DNA from: the human T2T-CHM13v2.0 reference genome, Homo sapiens
NCBI RefSeq assembly: GCF_009914755.1
Contig: NC_060925.1
Strand: one strand, 5' to 3'
DNA length: 64,000 bases
Shown piece by piece: positions 1-14,305 of this stretch. The notes beneath the pieces are model-generated. The model saw nothing but the letters and a program-made list of their open reading frames with translations. It had not been told where the DNA came from and ran no database searches. Within the stretch, counting starts at the first letter, position 1. Every line of letters starts with the position of its first letter. Position numbers and translations under genes: made by a program.

Positions 1-292
1 TTTTTTAGAGAGGTAGAGTCTTGCTTTGTCACCCAGGCTGGAGTGCAGTAGCACAATCATAGCTCACTGTAACCTTGAACGCCTGAGCTCAAGCAGTCCT
101 CCTGCCTCAGCCCCCCAAGTATCTAGGACTACAGGTGTGCATCACCACACCTCACTAATTTTGTATTTTTTGTGGAGACTGGGGTCTCGCTATGTTGCCC
201 AGCCTTGTCTTAAACTCCTGGCTTCAAGCAATCCTCCTGCCTCAGCCTCCCAAGGCACTAGGATTACAGGTGTAAACCACCACGCCTAGCCT
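1..292 (-). mobile_element. Alu (AluJ-like)
   Basis: Antisense Alu dimer with poly-T start. Confidence 0.9.
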
Positions 293-1799
293 GCTGGGAA
301 AATCTTTATGTAACCCAAACGTCAAGTGCAGCAACTACACCATAATACAGACCCTCCCCGCCGCCACTTTCCCCAAGCCAGGAGCAGCTGCGAAAACAAA
401 GAAGGCAGTAAAATTCACAGCATTAGGAAATTGACATGGCTGAATTCAATCTATAAAATCTATATAAATCATTATGCATTTAGTGCTTTTCAAAATAACC
501 CCTGTAACTCTTATGGTTTAGAGACTATTAATAACATTTTCTGAAATGCAGTCAGACTAGTCGCTGTGTCCACTGTGATTTGGTAAAAAATATGAAGGAT
601 GTTTTTAGTCTATGTCTGTTGGCAGCATGAGAGATTAGACTCAAGCCTCAAAGGATTTCCCATAAACTGACGTCTGTCCTTTTTGAAGGAAGGGTATGGC
701 AAGAAAGAAAAGATAATCAAGGAGTTTCTGTCATGCCAGCCTCTTTGCTGATTGCTCAACTCATATCATCTCATTTTCCTGCTACCACCACAGTTTCACA
801 AAGTTGCTATTCAAATGTCCATTTTCCTGATAAGGAAACTAAGGATCCCAAAGATTCTAGAAGATGCATATGGCTCCATTATTGATAAATAGTGGAAGCA
901 GGGTTCAAACCCTTGTCTTTCTGGCTTCAAAAATTATCATGCCTTATTCACTGATCCACACTGCCTCCTGATTAAAGCAGGAGGAACTAGGGGCTGAGAG
1001 ATCCAAAGGGTATAGCTTGAATGTTACCCATTTCAAATGGGATTATTTCCTCTGGGACTCATTCAGAAGCTCTGGCTTCCTCAATCACTTAGACAAAGAA
1101 TAATAAGCACCACACTCACAGTAATCCAGGGGAAAAGGGGGAAAGAGAAAGCATAGCCATGATGAGCACAATTTTGAGGCAGAGGCAGTGCCCAGAGCCT
1201 TGAAAAGTGAATTAATTGATGTCCAATGACGTCATGGCATTTGAGCTTCCTTAGGAGAGGATCACCCCCCTGGGGTCCTGGGGCATACAAAAAGCCTTTG
1301 TCTCTGAAATTTCCCATCACTGTGTAGACCACATTGGCTTGAGAAATTCTGTCCCTGTTCTGCTCCAAATATGATAGGAATGCTGAATAAAATTCCACAC
1401 AAGTTTAAAGAAAATACATACTGTTCTTGAAAATAAGGAATGGAAGGCGACAGGTGCCAGAAATGAAGAACCAAACTTCCCACCGGGCTACTAGAATTAA
1501 CTACATATCCTGGGGCTGGGTTAAGTCTGTAGGCCTCCCACCTTACTGGAAATATGACTGTACCTCTCTATATAAAGGTGGAAATCCAAGAAGGGCCTTC
1601 CCACACATCAAAGGAGACTGGAGTAACTCTGCCTATCAGACCAGCGTTATGGCACAGAAATCACCCACCCTTGGGATATGAGAAGAAAAATTCACCTGTT
1701 AGAAATTGGAACCTCAAGTTCATGCCATGTGCAAGTATGGAGTCCAAATTCACATTAGCCAAACAGAACCAAAACTGTGAGCTAAGAAATTAACAGAGA

Positions 1800-2520
1800 A
1801 GCCAACCTGAGACTGGGGAAACACATACAGTCCCGGCAGAAGTAAACATGAAACTGTCCCATGGGAACATCTCTACAGTACCACACAGATAGTATTTTAA
1901 AAACAAAACAAACACCCACTAAAAGTGATCCCAAAGTCAAAACTTATAAATCACAAAGTAAACCAAAACATTATGAAAGAGAAAGTTAGCAAACAACAAC
2001 AAATGGTGGAACTTACATCCCAGGAGCTGCTGCACAAACCAAAAGAGCTTTATTAATAGTATGTTTAAAGTTTTCAAAGAAAGAAGAGGGCATTGCACAT
2101 GAAGAACAAAATTGGAAACTATAAGCACTCCAGAAGGAAAAAATAGTTATAATTTTTTAATGATGAGTTAAGCTATAAACCAGACACAGCTCAAAAGAGA
2201 ATTAGTGAATTGGAAGATCATTCTGAAGAAATCATCCAAAGTAAAGCACAGAGATATAAAGTGATGAGAAATACAAAAAATAAATGAAGAGATATGGAAT
2301 GACAAGACACAATGGAATGTTAAGAGATGATAAGAAGCTGTAACATTTACTTCATAGGAGCTTCAGAAGCAAAATGAAGAAAATGGGGAGAAGAAATTGT
2401 TTTAAAGAATAATCACAAGAAAAAAATTCTCAAAAATGATATGATATAAATTTTTAGAATATAAAACAGTAAACTACAGGTAAGGGTGAATAAAATATAT
2501 CAGACTGAGACATATTGTAA
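1800..2520 (+). mobile_element. Ancient L1M ORF1-region fragment
   Basis: A-rich with L1 ORF1-like motifs (gagaattagtgaattggaagat, ataggagcttcagaag). Confidence 0.6.
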
Positions 2521-2789
2521 GTCTCATATACTCCAGCACATATAAAAAGTATACTCCCACACATGCAGGGTAGACTCCATCACTCAAGAGAAGGGTTAAC
2601 CTCAGTGCACTTGCAGGGAAGTCTGAAGTGGAAGTGATGGCTTCACTGCCCCATGTCCTGGAGTTGGATGTCAGGGATAGGACACTCATCAACAGGGAGT
2701 TGCTGAGAATCCTACTCCATTTCCGTCCCCCACCCTGGATGGGCCCTGGAGGCCGCAGCCTCTGACTGCAAGGGCACTCATCAGGACCA

Positions 2790-3290
2790 CTTAGAAAATT
2801 AATCAAACCAGCTCAAACTAGCTTAAGCAAAAAGGCGATTTACTAGAAAGATATTATAGAGGTTGAGAGACTTGTTAGAGGAGTTGAGCACCTGGCCTTA
2901 GGATGGAATGAACCAGGACATTAAAGAACCTGAGGGTTCTTTCTGTAACTACAAACTTGAAAAGTGATATAACTCACCTTTTTTTTCCTCCCTTTCCTTC
3001 TTTGGTCCCTCTCAATTCTGCTACTCTCTGTACTGGCTTGATTCTCTCTTACTGAAGATTGGATTGGGGGTAAGGAGAGGCCACCAATAGATATGACCTT
3101 AAACTTCAGATTCACCGTTAAAGAATAGGCTCTTCACTGGAGATGTGAAAAAGCCAAAGGCTGATTACTGTGGTTGCTGGAGATAGAAGATTTGGGACCA
3201 GCTTGGGTCACATGCCTGTTCGCCACCCCCCAAACCACCAACCCCTCCCTGACACACACTGACTGACGCTAATCACTGTAGCCAAAAAAG
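2790..3290. mobile_element. Old MaLR LTR (MLT1J/K-like)
   Basis: ccagctcaaactagcttaagcaaaaagg and ttgggtcacatgcc motifs. Confidence 0.45.
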
Positions 3291-3327
3291 CAACAGGCAA
3301 TACCCGTCATTCAATTCTGATTGCTAG

Positions 3328-3490
3328 AGCAGTGCTTATCAATGCTAACGTGCACACATTAGGGGAACTTGTTAAAATGCAGATTTTGATTTCAAGAAGG
3401 AAGTCTGGGTTGGGGCTTGGCATTCCTAACAAGTTCCCAGGCAGAGCTGATGCTGCTGGTCCCCAGACCACATGGTGAGGCCCTTGGCTA
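3328..3490. mobile_element. MER5A-like hAT MITE
   Basis: cttgttaaaatgcagatt...ctaacaagttcccagg...gctgctggtcc signature. Confidence 0.7.
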
Positions 3491-3577
3491 GAGCTTGGGG
3501 AGAGTCAGAGTAGAGCCAGAGGAGGAACAGTTCCCCAGAAAAATGGAGCAGGGTAGCACAGAGCTGCACTAGAGGAT

Positions 3578-3849
<272 letters not shown>

Positions 3850-4461
3850 TGATGGAGAAGCCACCATAATTTGTATTTACGCTAATTAGGGTCATCTTGC
3901 CTTCCAGAAGCAAAATTGACTGCAGTTGGTCCTTGTACTTTCCAAATACACTTTAAGGCAAAAGCCAAAAGTATCGGGAGCTAGTGATGTCCTTGGTGTG
4001 CAGAAGACAAAAAAGAAGCACCAGACTGAGATGGGATGAGAGTAACGGGATCAAGAGGTCAAGAGTGGCAGCGGCAGATCCCTGACTGTCTTAGCTCCAG
4101 GGAAACCATAGCTCACCACGCCTGGACTGCACGTGTCTGGGTTTGGTTGCAGGACTGGTGGTAGCATGTGCTTCTGCATCTTGGAGTGAGGGAGCAGAGA
4201 TTTGTAAGGCTTTGATGCATCCACTCCTATAAACACTGCTGCAGTGCCTATCTGCTGCCTTTTGTGCCAAGTTCTGGCAGCCCAGCACATTGAGAATCAT
4301 GCAAGGAAAGCAATGTGTGAGGCAGTTGATCTCTTGCAAACCTGGCTAAGGACAGCAGGGAGGCCATCTGGCCTCTCAGCAGTGGCCCTCTACAGATCAG
4401 CAGGGTCTTGATTCTGGGCTTGCATAGACAACATGGTCAGGGAAGATTTTGACTCCCTTGA

Positions 4462-4601
4462 CCCACTTATGCCTAGTGTTCCATTATTGGAACGCCAAGC
4501 ATGTCGGAGTTATTTATATCCTACTGCTCAAGGTCATCGCCAATGTCTGATTTTTAAATTCAAATTAAATTCAAAAAATCTCAACCTCCAGCATAAATGG
4601 G
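4462..4601. mobile_element. MER85 piggyBac MITE, full length (140 bp)
   Basis: TIRs CCCA(C/T)TTATGC...GCATAAATGGG, flanked by TTGA/TTAA, with internal palindrome GTTCCATTATTGGAAC. Confidence 0.9.
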
Positions 4602-7600
4602 TTAACCATCTGGCTCCAGAACTGTTACCAAGAAATGACTAAAACAATTGTGGTGCCTGTTGGGGCATCCTGGGGTCTGGAATAAATGATAAATGTTAGA
4701 ATCCCACCCATGGGTGTATGTCACCCCCAAATGTTCTGTCTTGGAATGGGAAAGGGCCCTGGGGCTCATACTAGGGTGGTTTTAATATGCTCGGTGAGAA
4801 GCTTTGCTGCTGTTTAGAGTTGCCCTTGTTCTTATGAACTGTCAGTTCCCTGCCATGAACAGAGAGGAAGCATAGTGCAGGCGGGGCCTGTCCTCCTGCC
4901 ACCTCCCAAACTAGGGCCCTTCAACAGTGATGTTTTCTCCAGGCCTGGGCCTCTCCTCCAGAAAGGTACTTCCAGCTTTAGATTTTCAAGTTATCAGGAT
5001 TTGAATCTCATATTCACTGATTTTTGACTGTGAAAGGATCCTAGAGGCCATTGGACCTGGCCCTTCATTTCACAAATGAAGAAAACAACTGACACCCAGA
5101 GATTACAGCTAATTCATTTTTAGACTTATGATGTCTAAGACTCATTATCCAGTTCCCAAAAAGGGCACTTGAGCAAGATCCTGCCTCCAGACCCCTCTGA
5201 TGCCATAGGCAGATGAGAGTAACTTTATTTTGAAAAGCTCCACTTTTTCTAGAAAAGATAGACTACCTCTCTCACAGCTAGAGCTGACTGTCACTGGGTG
5301 TCCATAGACTCCAAGTGCACAGAAAGGAGCCATAAACAAGAATCACAGCAAGATGGGAACTAGGAAGGCCTGTCGGGAAGCCTCTGGAGCAGGCAGGAGC
5401 CCTGAGGATGGCAGCTTCCGGGGTGCAAGCCTGAGTCTAGGAGGCGAGGAACTGAGAGCCGGAGCTCAGCTGTACCCAGGAGCTTTCTCTATGCTGGGAA
5501 AACATCCAAAAACAAGGATAACTTTCTGTCAACCCATTTTGAATCCTTGAATCTCTGTGTCGTCTTCAAGGGTGAACAATGCATGTCTCTGATCCGCATC
5601 ACATGCAGGGCCAGGGAGCACACATTTAGATGGTTAGTCAAATCTAAATTATATTTACAAGAAGCCATCAGCATGTGTCATGGAAATCCATCCAGCTCTA
5701 AAGTCTATGCTGTTGGTCTGGATGTAGGCAGTTCTGGCTGTGTGTGTGAGGAAGAGAGAAAGAGAGACAGACATACCCAAACAGCACATCTGCCTTCAAA
5801 ACCAGTGCACCCAGACACACCAGTCTCCTGGGGCTGGCCTTGAAAAGCTTTCCAATTAATAGAAATCAGTGTTATCCAAAAAGGCACATTATGGAGTTGA
5901 CCCCATCCATAAGCATTCTTGCCCTTGAGATATAACAACCTTTAATTTCAACTTTCATAAAACTGTTCTCTTTAGGAATGATCCTGATTTTTCAAAAGCT
6001 GTTGAATTGGGGTCATCTTCGTCTTACTCCAGGTTTGAGACCAGGAAAACACAGCCTGTTCATTTGATGCTGAATTCCACAAGTCGTTATGTCTCTTCAG
6101 TTTGAAGGAGGCTGTTTTCTAAAAGCATAAATCATAAGCCAGAGGGAGAGCCCTTGGGATAATTCCCCTGAATGTTTCTTTTCTAAAGACAAATCTATGC
6201 CCATGTCTTTAAATAGTTTTAACACAGCTCCTGAAAATAGCAAAGAGCATTGCCTACACATCTGCATAATTAGTTGCAGGGAATAAACCCCAAATCCACA
6301 TACCCTTTCCTGCAACACCCAGGGAGGCAGGTTCCTTAGGCTCAGCACTCCACACAGGTCCCTCGACAGCGTTGAGCCGAAGCAACGAAGGAACCACCAT
6401 TGCAACAGGCTTGGCTCTGTTTCCTGGCTCTGTCTCGGCCAGCAGAGTAGGTGGGCAGCGACTCTCTTTCTGGTAAAGATTGTTCCACTTTACCCAGCAC
6501 ATCAGCCACAATTAAGGCTTCACTAAAATAAATGCAGAGAGTGGGGAATTGAATCAGGAGCCCCTAGTTCTAGACTCAGCCCTGCTACTAACTAGCTCCC
6601 CATCACCCTGGGCAGAATGCATCACATCCATGCCAGAGCTTTCCTACATCTAAAGTACGGAAGTCGGAGCTCTGACGTCCCTGCCAACTGATAGTTCACA
6701 GTTTTAAGATACCCACTTGCTAAACTTTCTGGCAGTATAAATGTGCTGACGTTGGCAAAATCTGCCTAAACGTCAAGCGCTGAGTTCCGCTCATTTATTC
6801 ACAAATATTTCCTGACTGCCACTTTTGGATTGTGCACTATCCTAGATGCTGGAAGGTACAAAGGTGACTGAGACACAGGCTCCTTCTTCCAGGAAGAGAT
6901 CGTGCTCTGCTAGGAGAGACAGCTATGTAAACAGTCATGATAGAGCTCTGTGGAGGTGGGAGGGAGGGAGGCACAGAATATTATGGGGGCAGATTTACAG
7001 GGTGCCTGAGGGGGGAACCCAAAGTCAAAGAGAAAGCCATGGAAGAGGAGAGAGCCAGTAACTCCATGAAGGAGACAGCAGCAAGGGGATATCTGCAAAT
7101 TTCTGAAGCCCACGGGGCCTGAGGCAGAAACTGAGTTCAGCCAGATGCAGAGAAATGTCATGATTGTCTAGCGAGGAAGGTTGCCCATCTCAGTGCCTCG
7201 CTGTCCCAGCTGGGCCCTGTGATGGCAGCTCTGTGTTCCTGCAGCCTGCTTTAGTGACAGATCACTAGGACAAGATATTGTTCCTGCTCCTCTGAGAAAG
7301 GCCAAGGACAGCAGGTGACATTAACATGAGTGACGAAGGGACTACAGTTGGGCTGAAAGCCTTTTGGAATTCCCATAGGGTAATTAAACTATCCCATTAC
7401 ACGTTCTTGAATATCTGTGGGGTAGCTCTGTGAGATAGCTCATTGGATACTGCATTGCTGCCTTGCGAAGCTTGGGCTTTGAAGATTGCCATTCTGCCCA
7501 CGGATGTGTACCCAATTTCCATTCCCTTTCATGGTGACAAATGCAAAGAGCACATTGGTCAGGCCAGTTCTCAAGTGTCAGTCTCTCGATTGCAAGCACG

Positions 7601-9075
7601 GGAGCCAGGCTGAGCTTGAGAGGGAGTGCTGCTCGCCCAAGGTCTTCAGGAAATCTCATCAAATGTTTGGAATTTTCACTGGTTGTCTTTCCACACTGTT
7701 AGAATCCTAGATCCCTGAAATGTGGTGTGGGGGTACAAAAGCAAGCCCAGCTTTGAAATCTCAGCTGCTTTTCTTGTTAAACAATTATTTGAAAATTCTT
7801 TTTCATAGCGAGCTAAATATACTCCTTTCTACCACTGCAAAGCCCTAAATAAATAACCACCCCTGAGGAAGAAAGCCAGGCCAGCCAGCAGATGAACACA
7901 GACACCTGCCACAGCTGTGGAGTCCCATTCTGGGACTCTGGCGGGCACCCTCAGATCTGGTGTTGCTCCACTGTTCCCACTGAGTCTGAGTTCCAACTTC
8001 TTTTAAAGGAGCCAAGTAAAGGTCCACACACTCTGCTGTGTCTTCTCCACTCTGGGATATAAATGCTGTTGGATCATGTGTTATACAAATGTATTCCTGG
8101 TTCATCTCTTGACAGTTTAGTGAAACTCAAACCAATCATTGCTGATGTGGAAGTTGTGAAAAAGCAGGAACATAGAAGTGAGAGCCCAGCAGCTGTTATT
8201 TTCTGGTACCTGTTGAACAAGAGCTGAGCGCTGTTTCCCTCTGTTTTGCGGAGGGATGTGCTTTCTTAAAGCAGAAGGTTGACACTTTCCTGAGCCGCCT
8301 ATTCCATTTCAGTACTAACAGCTGTCATTAGAGCCCATCTCCAGCTTGCTCTTCATCTCCTACGTCCATCGCAAAAAAATCACATTTTGCAAGGGATGGT
8401 CCTATGGGGTCTTTCTGCTTCAAAAAAAAAAACCTAGTGTGTAACCTCACTGGGTTAAGTGGACTATCACAAACAAAAGTATTCAGAGTAGATTTATTCC
8501 ATGCAATATTTTAATGAACTCTTTAGAATAGGAAGAGTGGTTTCTGATATGGAGAGGCTGTTTCAGGTTGGAAGGAAATGTGCAGAGGTTCAGAAGGTCC
8601 GTCCTTCCTAAGTAGCCAGACTGCTTCACTTGCCATCTTAGTATCCAGACATAAATGGAGGCTGTCAGTCATCTCTGTCTTTGCCACTTCCATCTTCACC
8701 TTTGTCATAGAGCTCAGAATCACTTCACTGTGAATCTAGCAAGTTGGCCAGGGGCCCTGTGGACCAGCGATGCTTTGGGAACAGGCACACTCTCGGCACT
8801 TCTCAGATACCTCTGCTGTTTGATTGAGCATGCAAAATAACCAGCTGGTCCCCAAAGAACAGATTCCTGTGGAGGAGGCTGTAAAACTCCTAGTTAGTGA
8901 GACATATATGCAGTCTGTGCTTCTCCACGTTCCCTCTCCAAGACCTTATCGTTCAGGCTGGACCAGTCCTCAAGGGAAAATCTCAGAAACTAAAATTTCT
9001 TGTAGGCTGCAAATGCCTTGAACTTACATTTTCTTTTAATGAAACATTTGCCTACAGTGGCTGAACACAGACAAT

Positions 9076-10240
<1,165 letters not shown>

Positions 10241-11628
10241 ACAGGTTTTTTTTGAGAAATGTAAATATGTGACATCTCAGAGAAAGACAGTGTGAGTGAT
10301 AAAGAAAAAGAAATGAAGGATTAAGGTATGCTGAAAGTGATTGAGGTAGTGTAGTTACTGTTTTATAGAGGGTGTCTGGGAAGGTCTCTGAAGTTTGGTC
10401 AGAGATCTGAAGGGGTGAGGAAAAGAACCATGTCCAGATCTTCCCCCATATTTACCTTTTTTACTCCAAAGAAGATGGTAAGCCAATGAAAGTTTTTGAG
10501 CAAGAAAATAACATGGTCTGATTTATGTTTAAAAGAAAGAGACAAAGGTATGAAAGAAGGATAATAATAATCTAGGTAAGAAATGATAGTGGCTTAGACG
10601 AAGTGTTAGCAAGTGCCCTAGGTGTTAATGGCACAAGTGTTCCTCGGACACATTTTCAGAGATCGTGATCTACCTGGATATGCATCAGAATCTCCTAAGT
10701 ATATTTTAAAATACGTAAATTTCTGTGCCCCATTCCAGACCTGCTGAAACAGCATCTCTAGATTGGGGCCCAGGAATGATCAATTTGCCACTATTATAAC
10801 TCTTCTCTGATCACCTACCCAGGGTCATTTCAGAACCTCCTTTGAGCCTCTAAAATTTAGCAGCTTAAATAAAGGTAGGCAATTCGCTGACAGAGTAAAT
10901 CAGACTAACCCTCCCTTTAAGAAAAATTATAAAAGTTGGAGAAAATACTTTTAAAAATTGTTGTGGGACATCAGAGAGCAACCAATACAGCCAGGATTTA
11001 AAGTACCAGGATCCAGAGTGAAGGGACACAGAGGAGGGCAGCCATACATTTGCTGGTGCTTTGCCTTCTTATAGAATTTTCCAGTTCACATTGTGTGTCA
11101 TAGAAGCCAAACAGAAACCAGCAGCATGGAACTTACAGCATTCATTAGGCTGGGAGGACAAAAAGCTAGAAATTCAAGGCTGGCAACCTAGCCATGGATT
11201 GAGATTGATTCAGGATCACAGAAGAGAAGAACTCAACAGAAGTCAATTTAAATTCCATGTGCTGTTACCCCTCAAGGCATTGACTGATACCTAAACTGAA
11301 TGTTTGGGATCAGACAAGGAGGAACCAAACAAAAAAAGCGTCCACCAAGGCAAAGACTTTAGTAGTCTCATAGTCCTGGGGAGAAAAACCAGAGTTCAAA
11401 CCCACCAACTGGGAGAAGCCCTTGTAAACAACCAATACTTTTAGTTGAGACCAACGAAAGTTCTATGACCTAAGAGTAAAGGGGGAAAAACAGAAATTGA
11501 CTAGTATGAACCAGTCAAGGTGATCCTCATGCCAGAAAAAACTAAATCTACACCAGAAGAAAATGACATCATTCAGAGCCCTACAATTTTCTTTACACAG
11601 CCTGTCATCAATAAAAAGTAACAAAGCA

Positions 11629-11989
<361 letters not shown>

Positions 11990-13354
11990 TTAGAAGAACT
12001 TTTTAAAAGAGAGAAAGAAAGAAAACAGAGAAAGAGAGAGAAAAGAGCATGAACCTTTGAATTCAAATTTGTTCATGAAAATAATCTGGAAATTTTTAAA
12101 AAATACAATGAAGTTCACATTTAATGCAAATTTGCAGTAAAAAAATATAACTATGACATGTTTTATGTATGCATAAAATTTCAAATAATGTGACTTCTCT
12201 GAGATTTTAAAAGCTAAACAGGAATCACAATACCAATTCTGGAAGGCCAAGTGAACTATAAATGCCAGGTAATGGTGTTAACATTAACTGGCTGACGAAC
12301 AGAAACGCAGTGCTACTGGGGGAAAACTAGTCAAGATTTGTAAATTTTGAATGATGGCATGCTGTCAAGAATGCATCCCACATATAAACTGCACCATTCT
12401 CTACAAAATTCTTGGCCCCTCACTGGACAGTATGATTAAGTATGTCTGGGGTCAAATCCAAGCAATTGTATTTTTAACAGCTCCCTGGGATTTTTTAAGA
12501 CAAATGGCCCCATGCTTCATTGTTTGAAAAACCTCTGGTCCTCCATAAAGGAGTAAGTGCATGCATTCTGTAAAAAATTATTTGTAAACATGTATTATAT
12601 GCTAGGCTATGAGGACATAATATGAAGCAAAAGTATAACAACCACACAGAGTGTATGTTCTAGTGAAGAAGTTGGACAATTAAATAAGCTGCTATTACAA
12701 TAAAGTGCAATTACAATAAGGGTCCTGTACACTATGATGAGGAAGACAGGGCATTATGGGACCATGTGTCAGGAACACTTCACTGAAGGGGATATACGAG
12801 CTGATACCCAATTGATGGAAATTAACCAACCAAAGAGGTTGGCCATTATCCTAAGGGAAGGCCAGGGAAGAGGAGGATCTCTCTGAGTGTAGTGTGGAAA
12901 ATGGAATGAATCAGATTGGAGGAGGGACAGCAGTGAAGAGAGAAGCTTAACTAGTCTCCAGCAGCAGTAGTTGAAGTGAGAGAGAATAAGGGCATGGGCC
13001 AGGGTACTGACCATGAGAATAAAATATTTAGTAGAAATAATCTATAGGCCATGGTGATAAATTAGATGTGAAGACGAAAAAGGAGAAGCTGAAAATGATT
13101 CTTAAGTATCTGGCCTGGGTAGAAACATGAATCATGGTAGCATCTCGGGATTGAGGATGCAGGGGAAAGACACTGAGTTTATTTGGGAAGGCTGAATTTG
13201 AGGCATCTGGGAATGTCCAGGCAAGGGTGGTATCAGATTTTTTAAAGTGTCCTGATTAAAGAGTCATCAGCTGGGCTTTAAAACCATGACAATAGATGAC
13301 ATTGCTCAGTGACTATTTGTAGGTTGAAGAGAACCCTAAGAAAATATCAAAGAA

Positions 13355-13385
13355 CAGACAAGATCGGGCGTGTTCAGGGTGGTAT
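13355..13385 (-). pseudogene. 5S rRNA fragment (nt 11-41) fused to the 5' end of an L1
   Basis: CAGACAAGATCGGGCGTGTTCAGGGTGGTAT is a 29/31 match to the reverse complement of 5S rRNA nt 11-41. Both mismatches are CpG-decay type. Confidence 0.88.
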
Positions 13386-14305
13386 TGCAATCTACCCATC
13401 TGACAAAGGTCTAACATCCAGAATTTACAAAGAACTTAAACATATGCACAAGAAAAAGACAACCCCATCAAAAAGTGGGCAAAGGATATGAACAGACACT
13501 TCTCAACAGAAGACATTTACACGGCCAACAAACATATGAAAAAAATGCTCAACATCACTGATCATCAGAGAAATGCAAATCAAAATCAGAATGCGATACC
13601 ATCTCATGCCAGTCAGAATGGCAATTATTAAAAAGTCAGGAAACAGTAGATGCTGGTGAGGCTGTGGAGAAATAGGAACTTTTACACTTTTGGTAGGAAT
13701 GTAAATTAGTTCAACTATTGTGGAATACAGTGCAGTAATTCCTCAAGGATCTAGAACCAGAAATACTATTTGACCCAGCAATCCCATTACTGAGTATATA
13801 CACAAAGGAATCTAAATAATTCTACTATAAAAACACTTGCACACATATGTTTATTGCAGCACTATTTACAATAGCAAAGACATGGAACCAACCCAAATGC
13901 CCATCAATGATAGACTGGATAAAGAAAGTGCAGTACATATACACCATGGAATACTATGCAGCCATGAAAAGAAATAAGAACATGTCCTTTGCAGGAACGT
14001 GGATGAAGCTGGAAGCCATCAGCCTCAGCAAACTAACACAGGAACAGAAAACCAAACACCCCACATTCTCACTCATAAGTGGGATTTGAACATTGAGAAC
14101 ATGTGGACACAGAGAGGGGAACAACACACACCAGGGCCTGTTGAAGGATGAGGGATGAGGGAAGGGAACTGAGAGGACGGGTCAATAGGTGCAGCAAACC
14201 ACCATGGCATGCATGTACCTATGTAACACACCTGCACATTCTGCACATGTATCCTGGGTTGTTGTTGTTGTTGTTTTTTTTAAGAAGAAATTAAAAGAAA
14301 AAAGA
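13386..14305 (+). mobile_element. 5'-truncated L1PA (L1PA8A-like): ORF2 end, 3'UTR and A-rich tail
   Basis: Typical L1PA text (HMFIAALFTIAKTWNQPKCPS). Inserted within L2-like sequence; TSD aata(t/c)caaagaa. Confidence 0.9.

Noticed and set aside
26-289. Alu-derived ORFs (also 9614, 11720, 16248, 17522, 41446, 56181 and others)
   Set aside because: Standard Alu translation artefacts.
13355-13385. Functional 5S rRNA gene
   Set aside because: Only 31 of ~120 nt are present, without the internal promoter boxes or terminator.
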